A stretch of 54,873 nt of DNA from positions 1-54,873 of the forward strand of contig JANXAH010000037.1 in the NCBI GenBank assembly GCA_025062415.1. Reading direction: 5' to 3'. The translations under genes and the position numbers were made by a program. The notes beneath the pieces are model-generated. The model did not search any database. It was not told the origin of the DNA and saw nothing but the letters and a program-made list of their open reading frames with translations. Of this stretch, positions 44,946 to 53,426 are shown piece after piece. The DNA comes from Anaerolineae bacterium. Lineage in GTDB: Bacteria > Chloroflexota > Anaerolineae > B4-G1 > DUEL01. How positions within the stretch are numbered: the first letter of the stretch is position 1; each line of letters starts with the position of its first letter.

Positions 44946-45895
44946 TACGGCGCACAACGATCCTGCTTCCTATGCTTCTGCTTCTGCTCCTGGCGTGCTC
45001 CCGTCCCCCCGAACAAATTCGGCTGCCGATGGGATATATCGCCAATGTCCAGTTCGCTCCCTGGTACGTGGCGGTGGAACGGGGGTATTTCGCCGCCGAA
45101 GGGATGCAATTGGCCTTTGACTACAGTTGGGAGACCGATGGGGTGCGGCTGGTGGGCGCAGGGGAACTTCCCTTTGCGATCGCCAGTGGCGACCAGGTCA
45201 TCCTGGCCCGGTCCCAGGGGATCCCGGTGGTCACTGTTGCCAGTTGGTGGCAGCGGTTTCCGGTTGCGGTCGTCGCGCTGGAGGAGAGCGGCATTCGGAC
45301 CCCCACCGACTTGAAGGGCCGAAAGGTTGGCATTCCGGAGACCTTCGGGGCCAGTTACATCGGCTGGCGGGCACTCCTGGCCGCCACCGGGCTGAAGGAG
45401 GAGGACGTGACTCTTGAGGTCATCGGGTATACCCAGGTCGCTAATCTGGTGGAAAAGCGGGTGGACGCGGCCGTCGTCTACGCGAATAACGAGCCGATCC
45501 AGTTGATGCAGGCGGGCTACCGGGTCGTCCTCATCCCGGTGGCGGACTACGCTACCCTGGCCTCCAATGGCGTGATTACCAGCGAGCGGATGGTCCGGGA
45601 GCGCCCGGAGGAGGTCCGGCGGTTCGTCCGTGCGTTCCTGCGGGGGCTTCAGGAGACGCTGAAGGATCCCAATGCGGCCTTTGAGGCCTGCCGGAAATAC
45701 GTAGAAGGGCTGGACCAGAACGAGGCGGTCCAGCGAGCGGTGCTGGAGGCGACGCTCCCCTTCTGGCAGGGGGATCCCCTGGGCTGGTCGGACCCGGCGG
45801 CCTGGCAGGCGACGGTGCGGGCGATGCAGGAGGCCGGCCTGTTGACCGGTCCGGTGGATGTGGAGAGGGCCTTCACCAATGAGTTTCTGCCTTAA
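44942..45895 (+). CDS. ribY: NMT1/THI5-like substrate-binding lipoprotein, RibY-type
   Basis: ATGA overlap with ribX. Lipobox LLLLLLACS. NMT1-like body (GYIANVQFAPWYVAVERGYF). Confidence 0.8.
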   Translation: MIRRTTILLPMLLLLLLACSRPPEQIRLPMGYIANVQFAPWYVAVERGYFAAEGMQLAFDYSWETDGVRLVGAGELPFAIASGDQVILARSQGIPVVTVASWWQRFPVAVVALEESGIRTPTDLKGRKVGIPETFGASYIGWRALLAATGLKEEDVTLEVIGYTQVANLVEKRVDAAVVYANNEPIQLMQAGYRVVLIPVADYATLASNGVITSERMVRERPEEVRRFVRAFLRGLQETLKDPNAAFEACRKYVEGLDQNEAVQRAVLEATLPFWQGDPLGWSDPAAWQATVRAMQEAGLLTGPVDVERAFTNEFLP

Positions 45896-46052
45896 AGGGG
45901 CCACAGGCAAAAACAATACTGCGCATCTTCAAAACGGATGCAGGGCCTCTCCGCCCCCTCAAGTTTGGCCTTTTCTGGGAGAAAATGGCTTTTTGGGCTG
46001 CGGGAACGGTGGGGCCCATACAGAGATGCTACAGGCAAAGGGCCAAGGTTAA

Positions 46053-46091
46053 GGGGGATTTTCGGGCGGCTTCGCCGCCTGAAAATCCCCC
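46053..46091 (+). terminator. 17-bp hairpin (GGGGGA-TTTT-CGGGCGG / cttcg / CCGCCTG-AAAA-TCCCCC) plus T-rich trail, between ribY and the ATPase gene
   Basis: Direct reading; one mismatch in the stem; followed by tctttccccttttctc. Confidence 0.7.
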
Positions 46092-46150
46092 TCTTTCCCC
46101 TTTTCTCGCGAGAGGGAGGGGCGGAAAATATCCGAAACTGGAGATTCTTG

Positions 46151-47056
46151 ATGTCAACCCCTGTTCTGCAAGTGGAACGTCTCTATATGGCCTACCGCCG
46201 CCCGGAAGGGTGGCTGGAGGTCCTGCGGGACCTTTCCTTCCAGGTGGCGGAGGGAGAGTTTGTGACGGTCATCGGCCCATCCGGGTGTGGCAAGACGACG
46301 CTTCTGCGGCTGATCGCTGGCCTGATTCGCCCGGTCTCTGGGCAGATTCTGTTAAGGGGGAATCCTGTTTTCCAGCCGAGCCGGGAGGTGGGTTTCGTCT
46401 TCCAGCAGCCAGCCCTCCTCCCCTGGCGAACGGCGCTGGAGAATGTCGCACTGCCGCTGGAGGTGGACGGGTGCTCCCGAAAAGAGGCGTTGCAGAAGGC
46501 CCGGGCTCTACTGCGCTGGGTAGGGTTGGAGGGATTTGAGAACGCTTATCCGACCCATCTCTCCGGCGGGATGGCCCAGCGGGTTGCACTGGCCCGTGCG
46601 CTGATCCACGACCCGTCCATTCTGCTTCTGGATGAACCTTTCGGGTCCCTGGACGCGCTCACTCGGGAGACCCTGGCCCGGGAACTGGCCCGTCTGTGGG
46701 AGGAACGTCGCCTGACGGTATTGATGGTGACCCATTCCGTTTCCGAAGCCGTTTTTCTGGCCGACCGGGTCCTGGTCCTGACGCCGCGCCCGACGACACT
46801 GGCGGCCGAGGTTCCTGTTTCCCTGCCCCGCCCCCGCGATGCGACTCTCTTGGAGGAGCCGGCCTTCATCGCGCTGGTCCGGGAGGTCCGGGAAAGGTTG
46901 AACTGGGCCCAGCGTTCCGGATCAGTTACCCAAACCCCCAATTTGTGGTATAATCCACCTGATAACCGTGCGAACCTTGTTGGAACGGTGAGCAATGCCA
47001 CTCTGGAATCCGATAGACGCACTTCTGGGGCTGTTCTCCCTGGATATCGGGATTGA
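46151..47056 (+). CDS. ABC transporter ATP-binding protein (NitT/TauT family)
   Basis: Internal ATG 46151. Walker A GPSGCGKTT, signature LSGGMAQRV, Walker B ILLLDEPF. The non-conserved 3' tail overlaps mreB by 62 nt. Confidence 0.88.
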   Translation: MSTPVLQVERLYMAYRRPEGWLEVLRDLSFQVAEGEFVTVIGPSGCGKTTLLRLIAGLIRPVSGQILLRGNPVFQPSREVGFVFQQPALLPWRTALENVALPLEVDGCSRKEALQKARALLRWVGLEGFENAYPTHLSGGMAQRVALARALIHDPSILLLDEPFGSLDALTRETLARELARLWEERRLTVLMVTHSVSEAVFLADRVLVLTPRPTTLAAEVPVSLPRPRDATLLEEPAFIALVREVRERLNWAQRSGSVTQTPNLWYNPPDNRANLVGTVSNATLESDRRTSGAVLPGYRD

Positions 47057-48059
47057 CCTGGGGACCGCCAATACGCTGGTCTTCGTCCGGGGCAAGGGGA
47101 TCGTTATCAATGAGCCCTCTTGGGTCGCCATAGAGAAGGAAAGCCGGCGGGTGCTGGCGATTGGGGCGGAGGCCAAAGAGATGGTCGGGCGGACGCCGGC
47201 CAACATTGTTGCCATCCGCCCCCTGCGGGACGGGGTCATCTCAGAGTTTGAGGTGACCCAGGCGATGCTGGATTACTTCATCAAGAAGGCCCACGAGCAC
47301 TCCTTTATCCCCTTCCCGCGGCCCCGGGTGGTAATCGGGATTCCCAGCGGGGTCACCGAGGTGGAGCAGCGGGCCGTCTACGACGCGGCCATCGCTGCAG
47401 GGGCGCGCGAGGCCTACCTGATAGAGGAGCCGATGGCTGCGGCCATCGGCGCGGGCCTCCCGGTCACGGAGCCCAGAGGGAGCATCATTGTGGATATCGG
47501 GGGCGGTACGACTGAGGTCGCCGTCTTCTCTATGGGCGGGATTGTCGTCAGCGGCTCCCTTCGTGTTGCGGGCGACGAGATGGACGAGGACATCATCCAG
47601 TATGCCCGCCAGAAGTACAATCTGATGATCGGGGAACAGACCGCCGAGCGGGTCAAGATCGCCATCGGGTCCGCCTACCCACTCCCCGAAGAAAAGACCA
47701 TGTTGCTCCGGGGCCGAAACCTGGTCACTGGCCTCCCCGACGCAGTGGAAGTCAGCAGCATTGAGATTCGGGAAGCCCTTTCCAGTTCCGTCAACCTGAT
47801 CATAGACCTGATCCGGGATACGCTGGAGCGAACACCGCCGGAACTGATTTCCGACATTATGGAATCCGGTATCTGTCTGGCGGGGGGCGGTGCGCTTCTG
47901 AAGGGGATGGCGGAACGAGTCACTGCGGAGACGCACATCCGGGCCTGGGTGGCGCAGGACCCGATGACCTGCGTGGCCCGCGGGGCCGGGATGGTTCTGG
48001 AGAATCTCCATGTGCTCAGGCAGGTTATCCTCTCCACCGACCAGCGGGAAATCCGCTAA
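46995..48059 (+). CDS. mreB: Rod-shape-determining protein MreB
   Basis: LDIGIDLGTANTLVFVRGKGIVINEPSWVA...DIGGGTTEVAV...CLAGGGALLKG. Confidence 0.95.
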   Translation: MPLWNPIDALLGLFSLDIGIDLGTANTLVFVRGKGIVINEPSWVAIEKESRRVLAIGAEAKEMVGRTPANIVAIRPLRDGVISEFEVTQAMLDYFIKKAHEHSFIPFPRPRVVIGIPSGVTEVEQRAVYDAAIAAGAREAYLIEEPMAAAIGAGLPVTEPRGSIIVDIGGGTTEVAVFSMGGIVVSGSLRVAGDEMDEDIIQYARQKYNLMIGEQTAERVKIAIGSAYPLPEEKTMLLRGRNLVTGLPDAVEVSSIEIREALSSSVNLIIDLIRDTLERTPPELISDIMESGICLAGGGALLKGMAERVTAETHIRAWVAQDPMTCVARGAGMVLENLHVLRQVILSTDQREIR

Positions 48060-48170
48060 TTTCGGTTAAGGGAAACTCTTGTTGCGGCGACGTAGCCGCC
48101 GCAACGATGTCCGCAGGAAGTCCCCAAGGGTAACAGAGCACTTCTGCGACGGTGTCGCTTGGAGGGTGGA

Positions 48171-49049
48171 GTGAGACGAAAGGCGTGGCATGCCTGGCTA
48201 CCCCAGACGTTTCTGGTCCTCTCCATCCTGCTTCTGGCCCTCCACGAGACGCGTGTGCTGGCTCCTGTGGAACGCGCTCTCCAGATTGTTCTGGCACCCC
48301 TCCAGCGGGGTATGACAGAAGTTGTACGGGGTGTGGGCGACCTGTTTCAGACGGTCCGGGAAGTTCGGGAACTGCGGGAGGAAGTCACCGCGCTGCGGGA
48401 GCAGGTGGATGCGCTCACGATTGAAAACATCCGCTTGCGGGAGTTTGAGGCCGAAGCGACCCAGTTGCGGGCTCTGCTGGGGTTTGTCCAGGCCAATCCC
48501 ACCTGGGCCTACCTGGGCGCCGATGTCGTCGGGCGGTCCGCCTGTGTCAACGTCCCCTGCGCTGATGTGGTTGGGCAGGAACCGAACCCCTACATCCGTA
48601 CGCTCACCATCAACGCGGGCGAGGCGGAGGGCGTCCGGGTCGGAATGCCTGTGGTGACGGGCGGCGCCGTCCTGGTTGGAAGGGTGGCCCGGGTCTCCCT
48701 TCACACCAGTCAGGTCCAATTGATCACGGACCCCGGCAGCAGCATCGCAGCGATCCTCCAGCAAACCCGCGCCACCGGCCTGGTCGTTGGGCAGCCAGAT
48801 GGGTCCCTGCGTATGGTGTACATTCCTCAGGAGGACGAAGTCCCGGTGGGCGACGTGGTGTTGACCTCTGGCCTGGGCGGCGCTTTCCCACGGGGGCTGG
48901 TTCTCGGACAGGTCCTTCAGGTTATCCGACAGGATTTCGCGCTGTTCCAGGAGGCGGTCGTTCATCCTGCGGTGGACTACCGGCGTGTGGAGTGGGTGCT
49001 GGTGATCACCTCTTTCCAGCCCTTCGTCCAGGAAGAACCGACGGAGTAG
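48171..49049 (+). CDS. mreC: Rod-shape-determining protein MreC
   Basis: GTG 48171 lies 5 nt after GGAGG (alternative TTG at 48159). TM helix, coiled coil (LREEVTALREQVDALTIENIRLRE), then a beta-barrel domain (GMPVVTGGAVLVGRV). Confidence 0.85.
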   Translation: MRRKAWHAWLPQTFLVLSILLLALHETRVLAPVERALQIVLAPLQRGMTEVVRGVGDLFQTVREVRELREEVTALREQVDALTIENIRLREFEAEATQLRALLGFVQANPTWAYLGADVVGRSACVNVPCADVVGQEPNPYIRTLTINAGEAEGVRVGMPVVTGGAVLVGRVARVSLHTSQVQLITDPGSSIAAILQQTRATGLVVGQPDGSLRMVYIPQEDEVPVGDVVLTSGLGGAFPRGLVLGQVLQVIRQDFALFQEAVVHPAVDYRRVEWVLVITSFQPFVQEEPTE

Positions 49050-49058
49050 GGGGAAGGC

Positions 49059-49370
49059 ATGTCCCTCCTGCGCGATATCGCCCTCATCGTGCTGGCGCTT
49101 CAGGGAGTGTTCGTTGCGCTGGTCCTGGTGGCAGTTCTTGCGGCGGTCAACTACGGTCTCTACCGGGCCCAGTGGTGGCGGAGGTTTCCCCGTTTTCTGG
49201 CGCGTGTCTACGGTATCCTGCTTCTGGTCAGAGAGCGGGTGGATGCGGGAGCGCGCGCGGCCGCAACTCCCGTCTTCTTCGTCTCCGAGAAGGTCGCCGC
49301 CCTGCGCGGCGCACTGGGCCTCCGACGAGTGTCCGCGGCAGCCAACATCCAGAGGGGAGGTCAGCGATGA
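49059..49370 (+). CDS. Hypothetical small membrane protein (103 aa) in the position where mreD is expected
   Basis: ATG after GGGGGAAGG. One long hydrophobic segment. Not MreD-like in size or topology. Confidence 0.5.
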   Translation: MSLLRDIALIVLALQGVFVALVLVAVLAAVNYGLYRAQWWRRFPRFLARVYGILLLVRERVDAGARAAATPVFFVSEKVAALRGALGLRRVSAAANIQRGGQR

Positions 49371-49588
49371 ACTTGCGCACCCGAGTCCTGATTTTCGGCG
49401 GAATCCTCGGCGCCCTGATCGGCGTGGTCGCCGCGTACCTCTACCTGCGGTCGGCTCCCATCCAGTTGGACGAATCCGGGCGGGAGCGCCTTCCGGCGGT
49501 CTCTCCAGGTGAGGCTCTGAAGGTCGGCCTGGGCATTCTGAGTGCCATCCGGCAGATTGTTGGGCTGGGGCGGCCGGGCGCAGCATAA
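49367..49588 (+). CDS. Hypothetical small membrane protein (73 aa)
   Basis: ATGA overlap with the preceding ORF. N-terminal TM (VLIFGGILGALIGVVAAYLYL). Confidence 0.45.
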   Translation: MNLRTRVLIFGGILGALIGVVAAYLYLRSAPIQLDESGRERLPAVSPGEALKVGLGILSAIRQIVGLGRPGAA

Positions 49589-49630
49589 CCCAACACCCAA
49601 CCACCAGAATTTGCGGTCCGTTTGTGGCCG

Positions 49631-50740
49631 ATGTCCATCCGGCGCGCTCTGGCCGTCCTGCGAAAGGAGTTCCGCCACATCTTCCGGGACCTTCGTCTTT
49701 TCTTCCTCGTCACGGTGGCCCCGGCTTTCCTGCTCCTGCTGCTGGCCCACGTCTTTGTCCTGGACGTCCAGGAGGTGGAACTCGCGGTCTGGGATCAGGA
49801 TAATAGTCCCCTTTCCCGCCAGGTCCTGGCCGTGCTGACGTCGGATGGGGAATTCCGGGCCCGCTTCCGGGTTGAGGGATACGACGAACTGGAGCGGTTG
49901 CTGCGGTCGGGACAGGCCGATGGCGGGCTGGTGATCCCTCCTGGCCTGGAGCAGGAGGTGCAGGCCGGACATCCGGCGGAGATTCAGGCCGTTGTGGACG
50001 GCGCCGATCCCATCGCCGCGATTCAGACGACCGCCTCCCTCTCCCTTCGCATCGCCGCTATTTCAGCCCGGTTGAGTGGCCGGAGCCCAGGGAGCGGCGC
50101 TATAGATGTGCGATCTGAAGTCTGGTACAATCCCGCGCTGGATTCCCTGGTCAGTATGGTGCCCGGGTTGATCCCCATCGTTCTCTGTATGCCCGCTCTG
50201 GCCCTCGCTCTGGCGCTGACGCGGGAGAAGGAGACGGGCTCCTTTGAGAGCCTGGCGGTGACGCCGATTCGGGGCATAGAGTATCTGACAGGGAAACTGG
50301 GTGCCTACCTGGCCTGCGGGCTCCTGGGAGTCCTCCCTACCTGGCTGATGGCGACCCTCTACTTCCGTGTTCCCTTCCGGGGCAGTCTGGTCCTGTACCT
50401 TCTCTTTGCCACAGCCTATTTTCTGGCGGAGATGGGCTTCAGCGCCCTCGTCGCCAACTTTGTCCGCAACCAGCAGACGGCGATGCTGCTGGTCCTGACG
50501 CTCTTTTTTGTCCCCAGTTTCTTCGTCGCTGGACTGATTTTGCCGGTAGACACGGGCAACCCTTTCTCCCGGCTGGTAGCCTACAGTTTGCCCACGACGC
50601 ACTTTATCGCTATCAGCCGAGGGGTCTTCCTGAAAGGGCTGGGGCTGACTCCCCTGGCATTCCACATCCTGGTTCTTCTGGCGATGGGGCTGGGCGGGGT
50701 CTCCTTGAGCCTGCTGGTGTTCCGGAAGCGGTTGGGATAG
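49631..50740 (+). CDS. ABC-2 family transporter permease (YbhS/YhhJ-like), no adjacent ATPase
   Basis: N-terminal RKEFRHIFRDLRLFF, a large extracytoplasmic loop, then 5 C-terminal TM segments. Confidence 0.8.
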   Translation: MSIRRALAVLRKEFRHIFRDLRLFFLVTVAPAFLLLLLAHVFVLDVQEVELAVWDQDNSPLSRQVLAVLTSDGEFRARFRVEGYDELERLLRSGQADGGLVIPPGLEQEVQAGHPAEIQAVVDGADPIAAIQTTASLSLRIAAISARLSGRSPGSGAIDVRSEVWYNPALDSLVSMVPGLIPIVLCMPALALALALTREKETGSFESLAVTPIRGIEYLTGKLGAYLACGLLGVLPTWLMATLYFRVPFRGSLVLYLLFATAYFLAEMGFSALVANFVRNQQTAMLLVLTLFFVPSFFVAGLILPVDTGNPFSRLVAYSLPTTHFIAISRGVFLKGLGLTPLAFHILVLLAMGLGGVSLSLLVFRKRLG

Positions 50741-50741
50741 G

Positions 50742-50795
50742 GAGGTTTTGAAGGGCGGTGGCGAAGCCTTCGTCCTTCAAAACCTCTTTTATTTT
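50742..50795 (+). terminator. Intrinsic terminator (GAGG-TTTT-GAAGG...CCTTC-AAAA-CCTC followed by TTTTATTTT)
   Basis: Direct reading: gaggttttgaagggcg...cgtccttcaaaacctc, then a T-run. Confidence 0.8.
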
Positions 50796-50811
50796 AGGGT
50801 CAGGAGCGTGT

Positions 50812-51597
50812 ATGGCCGGGAAGTTCTGCGGTCAGGTCGCTGTGGTCACGGGCGCATCCAGCGGTATCGGGCGGGCCACTGCCCTTGCTCTGGCCCGGGA
50901 AGGGGCTCGGGTCGCCCTCGTCGCTCGCCGGGAGGAACGGCTGCGGGCTGTCGCCGAGGAGGTGGAGACTCTGGGCGGGGAGGCCCTCGTTCTCCCCACC
51001 GACGTCACCCGGCGGGAGGAGGTGGAGCGCGCTGTGGCGGATACTGTCGCTCACTGGGGGCAGGTGGATGTCCTGGTTGCGTCGGCAGGCGCCTATATCC
51101 GTGTCCCCGTTCTTCAGATGACCGTCGCCGATGTGGAACGCTCCATAGCGGTGAATTTCTACGGCGTCCTCTACGCCGTCCTGGCTGTCCTGCCGCACAT
51201 GGCTGCGCGGCGGAGCGGGCATATCGTCCTTGTCTCCTCGGCGGACGGTAAGAAGGGCATTCCGCCCGACGGACCCTACGTGGCGGCGAAGTTCGCCGTG
51301 GCCGGGCTGGGGGACATCCTGCGTCAGGAACTGCGGCCCCTGGGCATCGCGGTCACCACCGTCTTCCCCGGTCGGGTGGACACCCCGATGATCGCCCACC
51401 TGCGGGTGCCGTGGATCTCGGCCAAGATTCCACCGGAGGCTGTGGCGCGCGCCATCCTGCGCGCCCTTCGGCGTCGCACCCCGGAAGTCATCCTCCCCTT
51501 CCAGGTCCGGCTCTTTGTCTACGTCAGCGCACTCTTTCCTTCCCTGGGGGATTGGTTCACCCGGGTGTTTCATCTGGAAGGGTGGGAGGAGAAATGA
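50812..51597 (+). CDS. Short-chain dehydrogenase/reductase (SDR)
   Basis: VAVVTGASSGIGRA, NAG-like SAGAY, and catalytic YVAAKFAV. Confidence 0.9.
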   Translation: MAGKFCGQVAVVTGASSGIGRATALALAREGARVALVARREERLRAVAEEVETLGGEALVLPTDVTRREEVERAVADTVAHWGQVDVLVASAGAYIRVPVLQMTVADVERSIAVNFYGVLYAVLAVLPHMAARRSGHIVLVSSADGKKGIPPDGPYVAAKFAVAGLGDILRQELRPLGIAVTTVFPGRVDTPMIAHLRVPWISAKIPPEAVARAILRALRRRTPEVILPFQVRLFVYVSALFPSLGDWFTRVFHLEGWEEK

Positions 51598-51848
51598 CAG
51601 AATGACAGAATGACAGAATGAGGGAATGACAGAATGAGGGAATGACAGAATGAGGGAATGACAGAATGGCAGAATGACAGAATGAAGGAATGACAGAATG
51701 GCAGAATGACAGAATGAAGGAATGACAGAATGAGGGAATGACGGAATGAGGGAATGACAGAATGGCGGAATGACAGAATGAGGGAATGACAGAATGAGGG
51801 AATGGCAGAATGAGGGAATGGCAGAATGAGGGAGTGGCAGGGTGGAGG
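51593..51848. repeat. Tandem array of about 30-32 copies of an 8-nt unit (AATGACAG / AATGAGGG and variants)
   Basis: Counted unit by unit from 51593. It begins inside the SDR stop codon. Period 8, so it is non-coding in any frame. Confidence 0.95.
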
Positions 51849-51895
51849 AGGTGGGACGGGCTTTTGCCCCGTAGGATTGTGCCCTGTGCCCTGTT

Positions 51896-53395
51896 ATGGA
51901 GGTTCTGATGGCTATGCTGGCTTTGTCTGTGGTGCATCCCTGGCTGCGGCGGGGGATTCGGGTTGCCTTCGTTCCCGGCCTCTCTACGACGGCGCTCCTG
52001 GAGGAGGTGGCTGAAAGACTGCTGGACCGTTTCCGGCGCCGCGGGGACGTGGTCCAGCCGGCCCCCGATGAGCAGACGGACCTGATTCTGACGACCGCCC
52101 CCTTCGGGGAGCCTATCGGATGGCGGGAATCCCTGCTCCTCACGGCCCGGCGGCGTTTCCGCCTCTCCCGGACGCCCACCGTCGTTACTTTGGTTCACGC
52201 GACAAAGCGGGAGTTCTGCCGTCTCCTGAATCATTTCCGCCTGGCCCTTTCCCGCTCCGCGCCGAATCCGGAGGAGTTCTCCTTCCCCGGACTGGCGCCG
52301 GAGGCCTGGCGGGTGCTGGTGGAACAGGGACGGCGCGGCGGGCCGCTCCTGGCACTGGAGCGGATGGTCCAGGCCCAAGCCAAGTGCCTGCGGGTCCTGC
52401 TCTTCGTCGGCGATGACTGTCCGGAGGCCGCCTACGCCTTTGACCTGGTTGGCGCCTACCCCTGCTGCCGGATGGTGGAGCCCGACTCCTTCTACGAAGA
52501 CCTGGTCACACGGATGGTCACCGCCGTCAGCGTGGAGGAGGTCACCCACCATGTACGGCTGGAGCCACCCATCCCGCATGGCCTCTGGAGCGCTCTCTCC
52601 ACTCCTGCAGCGATGATGGAAGCGGCCCGCCAGTTGGGTCGCCGGAATTTCTTCACCGAAATGGTCCGCATCGCCGATCTGGTCCACGTCCCCGCCGTCT
52701 CCGATGCCGTCGCAGAGCAATACAGCGAGGGGTGTTTTGCCACCTGGGACCCGCAACTGGGCGCGCTGGTCGCCACGGTGACGGGGAGCGCGCGCCCGGT
52801 GGACAAACGCCAGATTACCGAGGACGACCTGGCAGTCATCGTCGGTATCCGCCCCGACGGACGGGGGGCCTATTACCGCCCTGTGGAGGGGAAGCGGAAC
52901 GACCCGCCCTCCTCGGAGGCGGTGGAGATGTTCGCGATGGACGAGGGGTTGCCGCGGGTCCGCTGGAAGGCGCCGGACGGAACGGCGGTGGAGGTCCCCG
53001 TGGCTCGGTCCAAGTTGCACGGCCATCGGGGTGTGGCGGCCTACGACCCCCGATATGTGGAGTACGTTCCCGTTGCCCTGCCCTACCAGCACTATCCTGT
53101 CTCCTGCGGGACCAGCGCGCAGGCCCGGTGCATCGTGGAGGCCTTCGGACAGACCCAGTGTCTGCGCGAGCCGGAAGACCCGCGTCCGGTGGCGTTCACC
53201 ATCCTACCCGGACATGGCGTCTTCATCGTGGAGAAATGGGTGCCGGGGAAGGCACCCTTCCAAGTCATCTGGGAGTTCATAGACGCAGGGTACCTGCAGA
53301 TTGACCCCTTCGTCCCCCAGGGACCGTTGCAATACCTTCCCGATCCAACGGGCCGAATGTGGGTTCAGACCGAGGACCCGCTGGGGTGGCTGTAA
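51896..53395 (+). CDS. Hypothetical protein (about 495-499 aa), no recognisable domain
   Basis: Long ORF with neighbour-like codon bias. The ATG at 51908 (5 nt after GGAGG) is a likely alternative start. I can name no motif. Confidence 0.65.
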   Translation: MEVLMAMLALSVVHPWLRRGIRVAFVPGLSTTALLEEVAERLLDRFRRRGDVVQPAPDEQTDLILTTAPFGEPIGWRESLLLTARRRFRLSRTPTVVTLVHATKREFCRLLNHFRLALSRSAPNPEEFSFPGLAPEAWRVLVEQGRRGGPLLALERMVQAQAKCLRVLLFVGDDCPEAAYAFDLVGAYPCCRMVEPDSFYEDLVTRMVTAVSVEEVTHHVRLEPPIPHGLWSALSTPAAMMEAARQLGRRNFFTEMVRIADLVHVPAVSDAVAEQYSEGCFATWDPQLGALVATVTGSARPVDKRQITEDDLAVIVGIRPDGRGAYYRPVEGKRNDPPSSEAVEMFAMDEGLPRVRWKAPDGTAVEVPVARSKLHGHRGVAAYDPRYVEYVPVALPYQHYPVSCGTSAQARCIVEAFGQTQCLREPEDPRPVAFTILPGHGVFIVEKWVPGKAPFQVIWEFIDAGYLQIDPFVPQGPLQYLPDPTGRMWVQTEDPLGWL

Positions 53396-53426
53396 CTGGC
53401 AGGCCCGGGACTGTACCCGCGATGCG

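Noticed and set aside
44133-45916. Minus-strand ORFs 44133..44957 and 44873..45916
   Set aside because: They are antisense to the ribX/ribY genes, which have TM, lipobox and SBP features and a riboswitch upstream.
51593-51848. Possible CRISPR array
   Set aside because: The units are 8 nt and contiguous with no spacers, and no cas genes are present. It is a microsatellite-like tandem repeat.
50800-53092. Minus-strand ORFs 50800..2179 and 51557..53092 with HSVIPSFCHS repeat peptides
   Set aside because: The repeat peptide is just the 8-nt array read in three frames (24 nt gives 8 aa). The rest is antisense to the SDR gene and the 499-aa ORF.
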